Shown one piece after another: positions 1-9,920 of a stretch of DNA of 64,000 nt; the stretch's first letter is position 1, and each line of letters starts with the position of its first letter. A program made the translations under genes and the position numbers. The notes under the pieces were generated by a model, which was not told the DNA's origin, searched no databases, and saw nothing but the letters and a program-made list of their open reading frames with translations. Source of the stretch: an uncultured virus (IMG/VR IMGVR_UViG_3300046001_003584) (taxonomy: Duplodnaviria > Heunggongvirae > Uroviricota > Caudoviricetes). The stretch lies in the IMG/VR virus record IMGVR_UViG_3300046001_003584. One strand, given 5' to 3'.

Positions 1-2
1 AT

Positions 3-656
3 ACCATTTATAGTAGGCAACCACTTGGGGTCAAAGTTTTTGTTATTACGACCTTGATCATAAAAGATTGTAGTAGCATCAATTGTACCCATACCAAAGT
101 GAATTTCATCAACAAAAATATATTGAGGGACTCCTATATTTTTAGGAATAGCCGGATCACGATAGCTTCCCCAGATACGGCCGAGCCACTGAGTAGACAC
201 AAACCAAACATCAACTACATTTTCCGGTGTTAGTTCATGTAGTTCCCATGACTTTTTAATTTCATCCTTGCAGCGGGCACGAATCGTTTTGATTTTACCA
301 TCATCACACTGAATACGCCTTTCATTCCACTCTGCGTGAAACTTATGGTAAGGACCAGATACACACCCACTATCAGGTGATGTGAACACGATAGTTTTCA
401 CTGACGAATCACGCTGGATCACAGATGGGATTGTGATTTTAGTAATCACAGTAGATTTGCCTGCGTTAGTCCCTGCAGGTATGATTGTAATACGATTGTC
501 GTTAGCTAGTTCAGAATCGGCAATAGAAGTAAAAAGATTGTCGTGCAAATATTTCTTTTGCAGCGGCCGCATAAAATCTAAATCAATCTTCTTTGTTGCA
601 GTTGACAATTTGATTATGTTTGTATTTGTGTTTGTGTTTGGAAACAAATGGCTCAT
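3..656 (-). CDS. Superfamily 2 DExH helicase-like protein, N-terminal part (runs off window start; not in supplied ORF track)
   Basis: Manual translation from ATG at 656: MSHLFPNT...MRPLQKKY (Q motif)...IPAGTNAGKS (Walker A)...YIFVDEIH (DExH). Open to the window edge. Confidence 0.75.
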   Translation of the reverse strand, partial: MSHLFPNTNTNTNIIKLSTATKKIDLDFMRPLQKKYLHDNLFTSIADSELANDNRITIIPAGTNAGKSTVITKITIPSVIQRDSSVKTIVFTSPDSGCVSGPYHKFHAEWNERRIQCDDGKIKTIRARCKDEIKKSWELHELTPENVVDVWFVSTQWLGRIWGSYRDPAIPKNIGVPQYIFVDEIHFGMGTIDATTIFYDQGRNNKNFDPKWLPTING

Positions 657-714
657 ATAATTTTCCTACAGTTTAAAAATAAAGTATAAACACTGCTATT
701 CATATTCAATATGC

Positions 715-743
715 ATTATAGCATAGAATTCATTTATCGTCAA
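715..743 (-). promoter_or_regulatory. Sigma70-type promoter for the helicase gene
   Basis: TTGACG-17 bp-TATAAT with extended -10 TG. Confidence 0.75.
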
Positions 744-746
744 CCT

Positions 747-1202
747 TTAGCTGACTTCTGTACGCCCGTCACCCAAATCCTTAGCACGGACCACTCTCAT
801 ATCAGTAGCTTGTGCCCGATTCTCGGGATCGGCTTGCTGCTGTTCATATAGCTCTAATGCCACATTGCGGCAAACCGTCTGAAACCACCGATCGACTATG
901 ATAGTATCACTATCATCATCACGCATCTTATACCCTGCACGAATTAAATTTAATACAAATTTGTCATTAAAATCAAGTTCAAACGCACCGCTGTTAATAT
1001 CGTACGGATCAATTTCCATCTTTAAAATATTAACATAGGGAAGACCCTCACTATCTGCTTTTGCCTTGTCAGATATAATAGGTGCTTCTTTCTTTTCCTT
1101 AGGTTTGCGTGGTTTCTTTTCCTTAGTAGTCTTTGGCACCTCTGCTACTGGTTCTGGCTCTGGCTCTGGCTTTTTGCCAAATAGTTTATCAAATAATCCC
1201 AT
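747..1202 (-). CDS. Hypothetical phage protein
   Basis: Likely start MGLFDKLFGKK, overlapping the uvsE stop. No family recognised. Confidence 0.7.
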   Translation of the reverse strand: MGLFDKLFGKKPEPEPEPVAEVPKTTKEKKPRKPKEKKEAPIISDKAKADSEGLPYVNILKMEIDPYDINSGAFELDFNDKFVLNLIRAGYKMRDDDSDTIIVDRWFQTVCRNVALELYEQQQADPENRAQATDMRVVRAKDLGDGRTEVS

Positions 1203-2256
1203 TTTTATATCTTTCAAATAATTTAAAACTAGCTAGGTTTTTTCCTTTACTCTCGGTCATTATATCAAAATTGTCAAGAAATGTCAATGCCCAATCGTTA
1301 ACCGCAGTATTCCAATAGTGGTCGCTATGTGCCCGAAGTTTCTGTTTATTATACCCTGCATTAATCAACGCACCATGATCGGGTAATTGTGTAGTGGAAT
1401 GATCTGTGAGTACATTTTCGCGGCTAACACTGTAATGCATAGTAGGGCGAACACCACGCCAACTATCAATAACCCGTTGTACAAGCGTATCAGTAGATTG
1501 AATATATTCACCTTCACGAATCCAGTTGTGATGGATATCGAGTACCGTAGGCACGAGGTCAGATAACGATAAGCAGTCAGATAGTCCATGTGTGTATTCC
1601 TCATTTTCTAGTGTAAGTGTGTTTCGGGCTTCTGGGGACAAACGACCATAAACATCTCTGATACCCTGAGGCCCTTTTCTACCAGAAATGTGTACATTAA
1701 CTTTGAAGTCTTGAAATGATTTGCCATAGCCCATCCAACGAACCATGTCACAATGATATTCAAATTCTTCTATACTCTTATTTACTACTTCTTCACGGTC
1801 ACTCGCTAAAACTGTAAATTGTCCGGGGTGCATACTAAGACGAACATCATTGGCTCTAGCTGTTTCACCAATTGGTGCCATCCAGTGTGCTAGTTTGTTT
1901 TGAATATCACTATCTTGCCAGAAGTCTTTCCAGTCATCATGGGTGTAAAAACTCAGCATGTCACTAGTCAGACGAACCATGCGTAGTTCGGGTTGTAGTG
2001 TTGCTACCTTTTTGACTAGATTATGAGTATGTAGAATGTTGCGTTTGGCAACTTCAATTACCTTTTCTTCTGCTACACTACGCTTTTGCCTTGCGGCCCA
2101 AGCCAGAGTAGTACCGCCTGTATTCAATTCAGGTATGCTGGTAATCTCACCCTTCTTGTTTAGTTCTGAAAATTTGCAAGCAAATCCAATCCGTTTGATA
2201 TTATTATTTGTCAAGATAAAAGCCCAAAGCGATAAATAAGATATGTATTGTCGCAT
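1189..2256 (-). CDS. uvsE: UV damage endonuclease (UVDE); true start probably TTG near 2214
   Basis: RIGFAC, RLSMHPGQFTVLAS, LTLENEE, VLDIHH, MHYS, AHSD, DIMTESKGKN motifs of the UvsE TIM barrel. Confidence 0.9.
   Translation of the reverse strand: MRQYISYLSLWAFILTNNNIKRIGFACKFSELNKKGEITSIPELNTGGTTLAWAARQKRSVAEEKVIEVAKRNILHTHNLVKKVATLQPELRMVRLTSDMLSFYTHDDWKDFWQDSDIQNKLAHWMAPIGETARANDVRLSMHPGQFTVLASDREEVVNKSIEEFEYHCDMVRWMGYGKSFQDFKVNVHISGRKGPQGIRDVYGRLSPEARNTLTLENEEYTHGLSDCLSLSDLVPTVLDIHHNWIREGEYIQSTDTLVQRVIDSWRGVRPTMHYSVSRENVLTDHSTTQLPDHGALINAGYNKQKLRAHSDHYWNTAVNDWALTFLDNFDIMTESKGKNLASFKLFERYKNGII
2231..2238 (+). promoter_or_regulatory. T4-like late promoter (GATAAATA) for the 2294-6032 operon
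   Basis: Matches the octamer found upstream of many structural genes in this window; T4 consensus is TATAAATA. Confidence 0.65.
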
Positions 2257-2275
2257 AATTGCACAATAAAGTCAA
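2247..2275 (-). promoter_or_regulatory. Sigma70-type promoter for uvsE
   Basis: TTGACT-17 bp-GACAAT with extended TG. Confidence 0.55.
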
Positions 2276-2293
2276 CTATTTACGGGCAACAAC

Positions 2294-3484
2294 ATGAGAT
2301 TTAATGAAATTATATCCGAAGCAGGTAGTCCTGCCCAACAAGCAGCAATTGCAATTGCCATGAAAAAAGCTGGAAAGAAGCCAAAGCAAGGTGTGGCGGA
2401 AGGCAACCTAGAAGAAATTGACCGCAGAGGATTCTTAAGAGGCTTGGGTGCGGCCACTGTGGCAGGTGCGACTAATAATGCAATGGCTGCTCTAGGGTCA
2501 CCTACTGCTCCAAGGGCACAGGTTAAAGTGCCGCCTGTGCCACAGTTACCCGCACGAGACGGTGATCTAGGTAATGGCAATAGAGTAACAACAAACAAAG
2601 ATGGTACTAGAACTTATTCTGGCGGGTTTGGTTCATTTACATACAATGCTCAGGGTAAGGCTATAACATATAGTAGTCCTAACTTTAATGGATCTGGCCA
2701 AACCATCGACTTAACTACTAATCAAATTACGCAAAATTACAATGCAGGACCATTGAAGATTAAACAAACTACCGATGCTACCGGTAAGCAAGTAGCGGCT
2801 GATAAATCATATGATCTTGGTGCAGCAACTGTCAGACAGCAAACCGACGCAACGGGGAAAAATACTAACACAGCTTATGTTCCAATGGATGATACAACTC
2901 ATGTTGTAGATAAACCAACCCTTAGAAAAGCCTTTGCGAAATGGCTGCCGGAAGGCTCTGAGGCAAGTGATAATCTAGTATCCACACTGAATTCTTTCGG
3001 ATATTACTCTGACAACAGTAGTGTTTATGCAAATGATGACGGTGATAAGATTGTTCGTCAAGGTTCTAATTGGAAACATCAAGATGGTCAACGTGGTACT
3101 GGTGCTGAAGAATTAGGTAATTTCCTCAGTTCACAAGAAGTTGATGAAGGCGAAACTTGGTCAAAGCATAACAACCCAAGAGCAGGTGGGATGAGTAAAA
3201 AGTCTGTTAGTAGCTATCGCCGCAGTCATCCTGGTAGCAAGATTCAAACAGCGGTAACAACTAAGCCAAGCAAACTTAAAAAAGGTAGCAAGGCAGCAAA
3301 GCGTAGAGCTAGCTTTTGTGCCAGAATGCGTGGAATGAAGAAACATCGTACTGGTGCAAAAACAGCAAGAGATCCAAATAGCAATATAAATAAAAGTTTG
3401 CGTAGATGGCATTGCGAAAGCATTGAAGAACTACATGAATTAGTAATGCTTGCTGAACAATTTATTAGGAATAACAAGAAATGA
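2294..3484 (+). CDS. Putative head-packaged modular protein: capsid-targeting-like N-terminus, internal Tat-signal module, C-terminal basic DUF6321-like domain
   Basis: MRFNEIISE start; QGVAEG linker; DRRGFLRGLGAA...AMA; C-terminal RRASFCARMRGMKK...DPNSNINKSLRRWHC. Confidence 0.6.
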   Translation: MRFNEIISEAGSPAQQAAIAIAMKKAGKKPKQGVAEGNLEEIDRRGFLRGLGAATVAGATNNAMAALGSPTAPRAQVKVPPVPQLPARDGDLGNGNRVTTNKDGTRTYSGGFGSFTYNAQGKAITYSSPNFNGSGQTIDLTTNQITQNYNAGPLKIKQTTDATGKQVAADKSYDLGAATVRQQTDATGKNTNTAYVPMDDTTHVVDKPTLRKAFAKWLPEGSEASDNLVSTLNSFGYYSDNSSVYANDDGDKIVRQGSNWKHQDGQRGTGAEELGNFLSSQEVDEGETWSKHNNPRAGGMSKKSVSSYRRSHPGSKIQTAVTTKPSKLKKGSKAAKRRASFCARMRGMKKHRTGAKTARDPNSNINKSLRRWHCESIEELHELVMLAEQFIRNNKK

Positions 3485-5136
3485 ACTTCAAAGAATTATT
3501 AGAAGGCGCAGAGCCAAAGTTGCCGGGCGCCCCAAAGGGTATCTCAATTATGACACCTCAGCAATTTGTTGCTAGTGCTGGTGATATGCCAGATGAAGAA
3601 GTAGATGAAGGCAGATTTACACATGGTCCAGGTGGCGTTCCACTTGATCGCCAGGGTAATCCCAAGGTAGCAAAGCCAGCTATGCCTAAATTATCAAGAA
3701 TGTCTGCACCAGAACCTAAATTAGATTTAGATAAGATTTGGTTTGATGTTACTCAGATCATCAGCAACATTTTCCCAGATGGTGATCCAGCTGACTACTT
3801 GCCAAAGTATGCCCGCAAACATGGGATAACATATGATGATATTCGCGCAGCAGCTAAAAAGAATGGTTATGAAGATGAGTATGCTTACATTGATGATATG
3901 AAAACCGGTGACTATGGTTATGATGAGCAAAGTTTAGCGGAAGGTGAAGAACATCTAGCAAGAATTCGTAGTCTATCTGGACTAGATGAAGCAACTAAAC
4001 TACCAGCACAAACTCGTGACTTAAAGGGTCAAGAGTTTCAAGATTACATGAAACGAATCGTTGGTACTCCCGATGTAGATAAAGCAGGCAATGTTAAAGT
4101 AGATAAAAAGGGCAATGAAAAATATACAACTGGTAAAACTAAAGGTGACAAGTACAAGATGCCTTACATCCATCGTAGTAGTGTAGTTACATACTTAAGT
4201 CCAGATGGTAAAACATACGATGAAGATGCTGTTAAACAAACATTAGCAATTCGTCCCAAAGCATTACTTAAACAAAACGAAAAGATGAAGCACAGCAATG
4301 GTGAGTTTGAACAATTCTTTAATGTTGGGTTCGCGGCATTGGTAGGTATTGCATTAGATGAACAAACAAATAATCTAATTGTTGTTAACACATGTCCAGG
4401 CGCCGGCTCTTGTAAAGTTGATTGTTTCGCCATGAAGGGCGGCAAGATTCAATTTAAGGCTGCATGGCAAAGTGACGGCAGAATACTTACATATCTGTTG
4501 AATGATCCAGATGGTTTCTTTAATCAACTAAGCAATGAAATCTCTGCTGAATCACAAGAGGGTGCTGCAGGCGATAAGAAATTCCCCAATGGATGGAAAG
4601 TAACGGTTCGTTGGCATGATGCCGGCGACTTCTTCAGTCCAGAATACTTGGATATGGCATTAAAAATGGCTGCTAAACATCCTGATGTTAGATTCTATGC
4701 GTACACTAAGATGGCAGGAGCAGCATTAGCTAAGAAGCCAGATAACTTCATCATCAATTGGAGTGAAGGTGCTAACACCGAGCAAGAGAAACAAGTAAAG
4801 GCTCAGGATCCTAAATTAGATAAGACAAAGAACAGTCGTATTGTTCCAGAGAAACTATTCTATGACTTATTGGCCAAGGATGAGAAGGGTAACTTGAAAA
4901 AGACGGATGACGGAGCATGGCAACCTGCTGATGACGCAGCACTTAAACAAATGAAACAACGAATTGCTAACGAATACGGCATTAGTTCTTCAAGTATTTT
5001 AAGTTATAATGAATATATGTCTAAGAGAAATTCAATTCCAGCTGGAATGAAGTACAATGTTATCGTTGCACCGGGTGAAGGTGATGTTAGTGCGAATGAT
5101 CCTGGTGTATTGAGTACCCTATTGTTAAGACATTAA
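3481..5136 (+). CDS. Modular protein with C-terminal GP88-like (radical-SAM-related) domain
   Basis: MNFKELLE start; TCPGAGSCKVDCFA Cys cluster; VRWHDAGDFFS; FYAYTK. Confidence 0.7.
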   Translation: MNFKELLEGAEPKLPGAPKGISIMTPQQFVASAGDMPDEEVDEGRFTHGPGGVPLDRQGNPKVAKPAMPKLSRMSAPEPKLDLDKIWFDVTQIISNIFPDGDPADYLPKYARKHGITYDDIRAAAKKNGYEDEYAYIDDMKTGDYGYDEQSLAEGEEHLARIRSLSGLDEATKLPAQTRDLKGQEFQDYMKRIVGTPDVDKAGNVKVDKKGNEKYTTGKTKGDKYKMPYIHRSSVVTYLSPDGKTYDEDAVKQTLAIRPKALLKQNEKMKHSNGEFEQFFNVGFAALVGIALDEQTNNLIVVNTCPGAGSCKVDCFAMKGGKIQFKAAWQSDGRILTYLLNDPDGFFNQLSNEISAESQEGAAGDKKFPNGWKVTVRWHDAGDFFSPEYLDMALKMAAKHPDVRFYAYTKMAGAALAKKPDNFIINWSEGANTEQEKQVKAQDPKLDKTKNSRIVPEKLFYDLLAKDEKGNLKKTDDGAWQPADDAALKQMKQRIANEYGISSSSILSYNEYMSKRNSIPAGMKYNVIVAPGEGDVSANDPGVLSTLLLRH

Positions 5137-6032
5137 TGAGAGCAACTGAATTTATCGCAGAAGCAATACTAGATGAAGCAGCTACTGCTATTGTCTACCA
5201 TTATGCCGGTGTATCTGCTGCTGCAAAAATTCTAACTACTGGAGTTTTTCAATTAAGTAGTGTCACAGGTAACTCTAGTGAAGAACAATATGCACCGCCG
5301 GGATATCTTTACTTTCTAAGCACAACTCGCAGCAAAGTGGGAGACTATCACCGATATACTGGTAGCAGCGCCGCTATGTTTGTAATTGATGGGAACTGGT
5401 TAAATCGGCATTACAAAACAAAAGCAATTGATTATTGGGAAAGGTCTTGGCAACATAGTAACGGTACTCGTACCAGTGAAAGCGAAGATAGAGTATTTTC
5501 AAAGACACCTGAAATTCCAATTAACGGAGTAATTGCTGTTCATGTTTTGCTCAAAGAACAGAGCGAAAATCGTAGCCCCGAAGTTAGAACAATTTTAATC
5601 ACTGCCAAGAAGCAAGGTATATCAGCTTACTTATACACAGATGAGAAGGCATGGCGTTTACAAGATACCCGCAAAGCAGTTACTCCCGGTGACGCTGCTA
5701 AATTGCTTAAAGGACAACAACCAAAAGGTTACACACCAAGTCGTCCGCCGACAATGTACCTTGAACCGTGGGTAGAACTAATATATAAAAACAAAAAATC
5801 AGATTTAACTAGCCGTGCTGAAAAGTTGCGATATGAATTAGTCTACTATGGCAGTAGACGTCCAGATTCCGATAGTAATCTTGGTGTAGATATGAGCAAT
5901 GCTCGTAAACCTAATTCTACTGATTATCCAACTGCTGTTAAATTAAATGATTTTATGCGTAAGAATAAGTTACCAGATACAGTAGCACTTAAAAATATGC
6001 TAGTTGATAAATGGGTTAAAATTAAATCTTAA
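5136..6032 (+). CDS. Putative virion-packaged protein with ADP-ribosyltransferase-like motifs
   Basis: MRATEFIAE start; VYHY...AAKILTTG, FLSTTR and ESEDRV resemble the ART strand-1, STS and ExE motifs. Confidence 0.45.
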   Translation: MRATEFIAEAILDEAATAIVYHYAGVSAAAKILTTGVFQLSSVTGNSSEEQYAPPGYLYFLSTTRSKVGDYHRYTGSSAAMFVIDGNWLNRHYKTKAIDYWERSWQHSNGTRTSESEDRVFSKTPEIPINGVIAVHVLLKEQSENRSPEVRTILITAKKQGISAYLYTDEKAWRLQDTRKAVTPGDAAKLLKGQQPKGYTPSRPPTMYLEPWVELIYKNKKSDLTSRAEKLRYELVYYGSRRPDSDSNLGVDMSNARKPNSTDYPTAVKLNDFMRKNKLPDTVALKNMLVDKWVKIKS

Positions 6033-6855
6033 GCAAATCTTCCAAAGAGTATACCTCTTTCATATAGGGTGACACATTATCTAATACAGATATTGCTAAG
6101 TCACCCTTTCTTCTTGGGCCTATCTTTGTAAGCAAATTAATATTAGGTATATTATTTACTTCTTTGAACTTATTAACTATCTCGGCAACAGTATAACCTA
6201 CCCCATGCCCTAAACATTCTATTTGATTACTTGGCTTCTCAATAGCAGTACATAATGCGTCACATATCTCGTTAACATGAACATAATCACGAATGCAGGT
6301 TCCATCTCGTGTATCATAATCATTGCCAAAGATGGTAAACTCGCCTCTTTCCTTAGCCTTCATTAGATTATACATTAATCCATCAGGATTGGTTGGATCA
6401 AACCCATCACTACCAATAACATTGTAGAATCTAAATATTGTATAAGGTTTAGGATTATGCTGAGTAAAATACTCACGCACCACATCCTCTGCTGCTCGTT
6501 TACTAATGCCATACGCACTAGCACATCCCACTGCTGCTCCAGTGCTGGCAAATATAAAGTTCTTTGTCCGTACCTTATTGATAACATTCATTGTACCATT
6601 CAAATTAGTGATGTAATAACTTAGTGGGATACGCTCACTTTCACCCACATTGACTAGTGCTGCCAAGTGAATCGTTGCATCAAACTCGGTTGGTAATTCA
6701 AATAGTCTACGAATATCAACTTGATAGAATTCTTGTAATCCGTCAGCTTGCGGAACATTGATATCTAGGCCGTGTACCTCGTAGTCATTTGCTAGCATCT
6801 TAACTAGATGACTACCAATGTAACCCGAACAACCTGTAATTAATATTTTTTTCAT
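6022..6855 (-). CDS. galE: NAD-dependent epimerase (UDP-glucose 4-epimerase-like)
   Basis: ILITGCSGYIGSH, HLAA, YGISK (YxxxK), FRFYNV, RDYVHV. Confidence 0.85.
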   Translation of the reverse strand: MKKILITGCSGYIGSHLVKMLANDYEVHGLDINVPQADGLQEFYQVDIRRLFELPTEFDATIHLAALVNVGESERIPLSYYITNLNGTMNVINKVRTKNFIFASTGAAVGCASAYGISKRAAEDVVREYFTQHNPKPYTIFRFYNVIGSDGFDPTNPDGLMYNLMKAKERGEFTIFGNDYDTRDGTCIRDYVHVNEICDALCTAIEKPSNQIECLGHGVGYTVAEIVNKFKEVNNIPNINLLTKIGPRRKGDLAISVLDNVSPYMKEVYSLEDLLKI

Positions 6856-8183
6856 TCAAAACTAAAAAGACTCTCGCCTTCTTCCTCTGGTTCAAACGAC
6901 GGGTCCTTACTCAAGTAAGTATCATCGTCCGTGTATAGTATACGAAACTTATGCTTGTTTGTCAATACTGATTTGATATCATCAATGCATAACAAGCTAC
7001 GACCTAACTGTGTATTAAAATCACTCAATTTAATTGTGGGTTCTTCGCATATCTTTGCAGTGTTGCTATTAGACTTCTTGCCTTCAAATTCATTGAAGCA
7101 GGTATTCCACTTGTGAAATACAGTGGCTTCCACTTGTCGTGCATGTGTTAATGAATCTAAGTTGTACCAAGTTGCGGCGTGTTCAAACGAATCATACAAC
7201 TGTTTTGCTCGTTCAGCCATATTTTTCTTAGTACATTTATAGAAAAAATTCTCGTTGAAATTATTAGTCCAGCGTTGATTCTCTAATACTAGTGTAGGCA
7301 ACTGAATATGTTGCTCATAAAAAGCCATACCATAACTCTCTACATTACTTGGGTTAAAAGCAACTCTGCAACTGGTGATGAAGTCTACTTTCGTTTGCCC
7401 AATGATACTAACACCAATCTTATAGTCAGTTATTCCCATCTTCTTAAATCGTTCTTCAAACTTCTTAGCACCGTTTGTATTAGTCATAACTCGTGCAGGT
7501 AATTTAGTTTGTTCAATTAGTTCCAAGTAAAGTTCCGGGTTCTTACCTTCTTCCCATCTGCCAACAAACAATACACCATCACGCGGATGGTGATGTTCTT
7601 CTAACAAACCTTGTTCGGTGATTGGAATTGGTAAATGATATGAATCATCAATCTCTAATTGATTGAATTTACTCTGTGTACCAATAAATATACCAGTAGT
7701 AGTAAGCTGTTGACGCATCAACTCATTTGTGTTATGCAAAAAAGGATTACTGGTATCTCTGAAGATTTGACTTTCTAAATGAGTATAAGCAATTATCTGT
7801 ATAACATCCTCTAGACCCATTGTACTTGCAACTTGTACAGTTTCATATGTATTGCATACTAATGCATCGTATATATTATGCTCTAATGCTTCAATGATAC
7901 TATTGCGAAAGTTAGCCATGCGTTCATAACAAAATGTATCCCCGAACATAAAGATATTACTGTGGTCAGTGTACTTTAATGATTCATTTGGACAAACAAT
8001 ATTAGCTTTGAGAGATTTAACAAACTCACTATCTTGTGGTTTTTTATCTGTGATAATATCAACTTTAATATTATGAATATCCATCAATTCACAAAAACTC
8101 TTAGCAAACTGTCCTATTCCACCATGCGGAATAAGATACTGGTAGCTAATTAGAAATCCAATTCGTTTGTTATATGTTCGCAT
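6852..8183 (-). CDS. GT-B glycosyltransferase (GT4-like)
   Basis: HGGIGQF, LFVGRWEEGKNP, PSNVESYGMAFYE (Ex7E). Confidence 0.8.
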   Translation of the reverse strand: MRTYNKRIGFLISYQYLIPHGGIGQFAKSFCELMDIHNIKVDIITDKKPQDSEFVKSLKANIVCPNESLKYTDHSNIFMFGDTFCYERMANFRNSIIEALEHNIYDALVCNTYETVQVASTMGLEDVIQIIAYTHLESQIFRDTSNPFLHNTNELMRQQLTTTGIFIGTQSKFNQLEIDDSYHLPIPITEQGLLEEHHHPRDGVLFVGRWEEGKNPELYLELIEQTKLPARVMTNTNGAKKFEERFKKMGITDYKIGVSIIGQTKVDFITSCRVAFNPSNVESYGMAFYEQHIQLPTLVLENQRWTNNFNENFFYKCTKKNMAERAKQLYDSFEHAATWYNLDSLTHARQVEATVFHKWNTCFNEFEGKKSNSNTAKICEEPTIKLSDFNTQLGRSLLCIDDIKSVLTNKHKFRILYTDDDTYLSKDPSFEPEEEGESLFSFE

Positions 8184-8364
8184 TCTTAACCTCATCTACC
8201 GTTGGAACAGTAATCCAATCAGTTAACTCATTTTGTTTTGTAATTTCACCTGTTTTTGGATTTAGTATACAGTAATCCGGTGTTTCTCTTTCAAAGCGAT
8301 ATTGTAGTATTTTTTCAGGGCCGTCCCAACCAGCTGTTATAAGCCAGCGCATTTCTAAATTCAT
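8170..8364 (-). CDS. Small hypothetical protein
   Basis: Tightly packed in the operon, overlapping neighbours. Confidence 0.6.
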   Translation of the reverse strand: MNLEMRWLITAGWDGPEKILQYRFERETPDYCILNPKTGEITKQNELTDWITVPTVDEVKNANI

Positions 8365-8585
8365 ATTAAATCCTTTAATCTTGCTATTAAATATTCATTT
8401 TTATCATACCAGCGATATTCAAATATAGGCTCACCGGGACCTGTATACATTGCGGTAATACAATATGCGTACTCTAACCATAGTAGACGATTTGTTATAT
8501 GGCAATGTCTAGGCATAAGTGCAACCTTCAATTGTCTGCCCACAACATGGTCCATGAAGTAGTCATTAGGTATAGGACTGTACAC
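8361..8585 (-). CDS. Small hypothetical protein
   Basis: GTG start coupled to the upstream stop; operon packing. Confidence 0.6.
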   Translation of the reverse strand: MYSPIPNDYFMDHVVGRQLKVALMPRHCHITNRLLWLEYAYCITAMYTGPGEPIFEYRWYDKNEYLIARLKDLI

Positions 8586-8686
8586 TATTTAATTCCAGTA
8601 TAGTCTCTGTCATTTTCATTTGAACGATAGCACATATAGAAAACCCCTACTATATACCCAAGTAAAAATCCCCAAAAGAAATCCAT
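8585..8686 (-). CDS. 33-aa membrane peptide (not in ORF track)
   Basis: MDFFWGFLLGYIVGVFYMCYRSNENDRDYTGIK*; TAATG coupling to queE. Confidence 0.55.
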   Translation of the reverse strand: MDFFWGFLLGYIVGVFYMCYRSNENDRDYTGIK

Positions 8687-9534
8687 TAGGTATTCCATGC
8701 GTTTTTAAAGAGTGGCACCTGAAGTCTATCACTATAACGCCAGCCTAACCGCATTGCTTCAAGTGCAACTGTTTTGGCATTCATGTTATATACACTTTCA
8801 ACTCCGCCACATGGCATCAAGTAAGCATTACCCCTAAATCCGTGAGTACGATATTGATTAACTGCTTCTTGTGCTTCTTCTACATCTTGTCTATTGGCCA
8901 CAACAAACTTCAGATATGTATGACCTACTTGACTATATTCATCAATAATTTCAGGACATATTGCTTCTTCCCACTTCTCGCCACTGATACCAAGTTTAGG
9001 ACTAACACTAAATGTTATTGCACCTCTAGAACGATTGATGGCCCATTGATGCAAGTAGGTTTTCAATTGATGTTGCAACGGTTGAGTGCCATTTGTTTCA
9101 AATGTTAGTTCTTGTAAACCCGTCATGTTTTCATGTGAAAGTAAATCAATATAACTGCGTTGCCAACCTAGCAAAGGTTCACCCCCTGTAATAACAAGAT
9201 GTTCTTCCATCCAACGCTTGTGCGGAAGCATTGTCATAATACTTTCAACAATACTATCAGTAGTACGTATTGGACTGAAATCTTTGAAACGAGGATCCCA
9301 ACTTGCATAACTATCGCAACCTGTACTAACTAATGGTAGTTGGGTGTAAGCCGTGTAGTAATGCACACGGGCTGCGATATCTTCTACTTCACTACTTATT
9401 TCGCCCCTTGGCATACCAAACCCTGCACATTTGAAGTTGCAACCAAATGTTCGTAGGAAAATACTTGGTACTCCGATATATCGGCCTTCTCCTTGAATAC
9501 TATAAAATAGTTCACTAATTTTTAATTTGCTCAT
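8686..9534 (-). CDS. queE: 7-carboxy-7-deazaguanine synthase (radical SAM)
   Basis: ISELFYSIQGEG, RTFGCNFKC...CDS, ITGGEPL, FETNGT, SVSPKL, RLQV. Confidence 0.93.
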   Translation of the reverse strand: MSKLKISELFYSIQGEGRYIGVPSIFLRTFGCNFKCAGFGMPRGEISSEVEDIAARVHYYTAYTQLPLVSTGCDSYASWDPRFKDFSPIRTTDSIVESIMTMLPHKRWMEEHLVITGGEPLLGWQRSYIDLLSHENMTGLQELTFETNGTQPLQHQLKTYLHQWAINRSRGAITFSVSPKLGISGEKWEEAICPEIIDEYSQVGHTYLKFVVANRQDVEEAQEAVNQYRTHGFRGNAYLMPCGGVESVYNMNAKTVALEAMRLGWRYSDRLQVPLFKNAWNT

Positions 9535-9549
9535 TTTTTGATCCTTAAT

Positions 9550-9702
9550 CTAACTAATTGCACCTGCTATGATAAACAAGTTTGTAATGACATAGCATAA
9601 CACAATACAAGTTCTAATACACGCAATACGGTCAGATTCTGTATCGGTTGTGCCCGCTTTCTCACCTAGGGATTTTGCCCATATTCTCCAAAATATCTTC
9701 AT
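9550..9702 (-). CDS. 50-aa small membrane protein (not in ORF track)
   Basis: MKIFWRIWAKSLGEKAGTTDTESDRIACIRTCIVLCYVITNLFIIAGAIS*. Confidence 0.65.
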   Translation of the reverse strand: MKIFWRIWAKSLGEKAGTTDTESDRIACIRTCIVLCYVITNLFIIAGAIS

Positions 9703-9920
9703 TATTTCTTTAATGGCTTTAGAGGCATATCAGGAAATGAACCCCATGCTTGTTTCAATTCGGCTGAAACTCCTTCTGGTCCTCCACTATTTACCCACGC
9801 ACGATTGATAACAACAGTTGGATTACCATTGACTATAACATATCGTGTAAGAAAGTCACTGTAATCATAAGTACCATCAGGTACCCATTTAAACATTTTA
9901 AAGTCTGAATCAGAACTCAT
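9702..9920 (-). CDS. Hypothetical protein
   Basis: ATGA overlap with the queD stop. Confidence 0.6.
   Translation of the reverse strand: MSSDSDFKMFKWVPDGTYDYSDFLTRYVIVNGNPTVVINRAWVNSGGPEGVSAELKQAWGSFPDMPLKPLKK

Noticed and set aside
382..660. Plus-strand 92-aa ORF in the supplied track
   Set aside because: Antisense shadow of the minus-strand helicase, which has clear motifs and a promoter.
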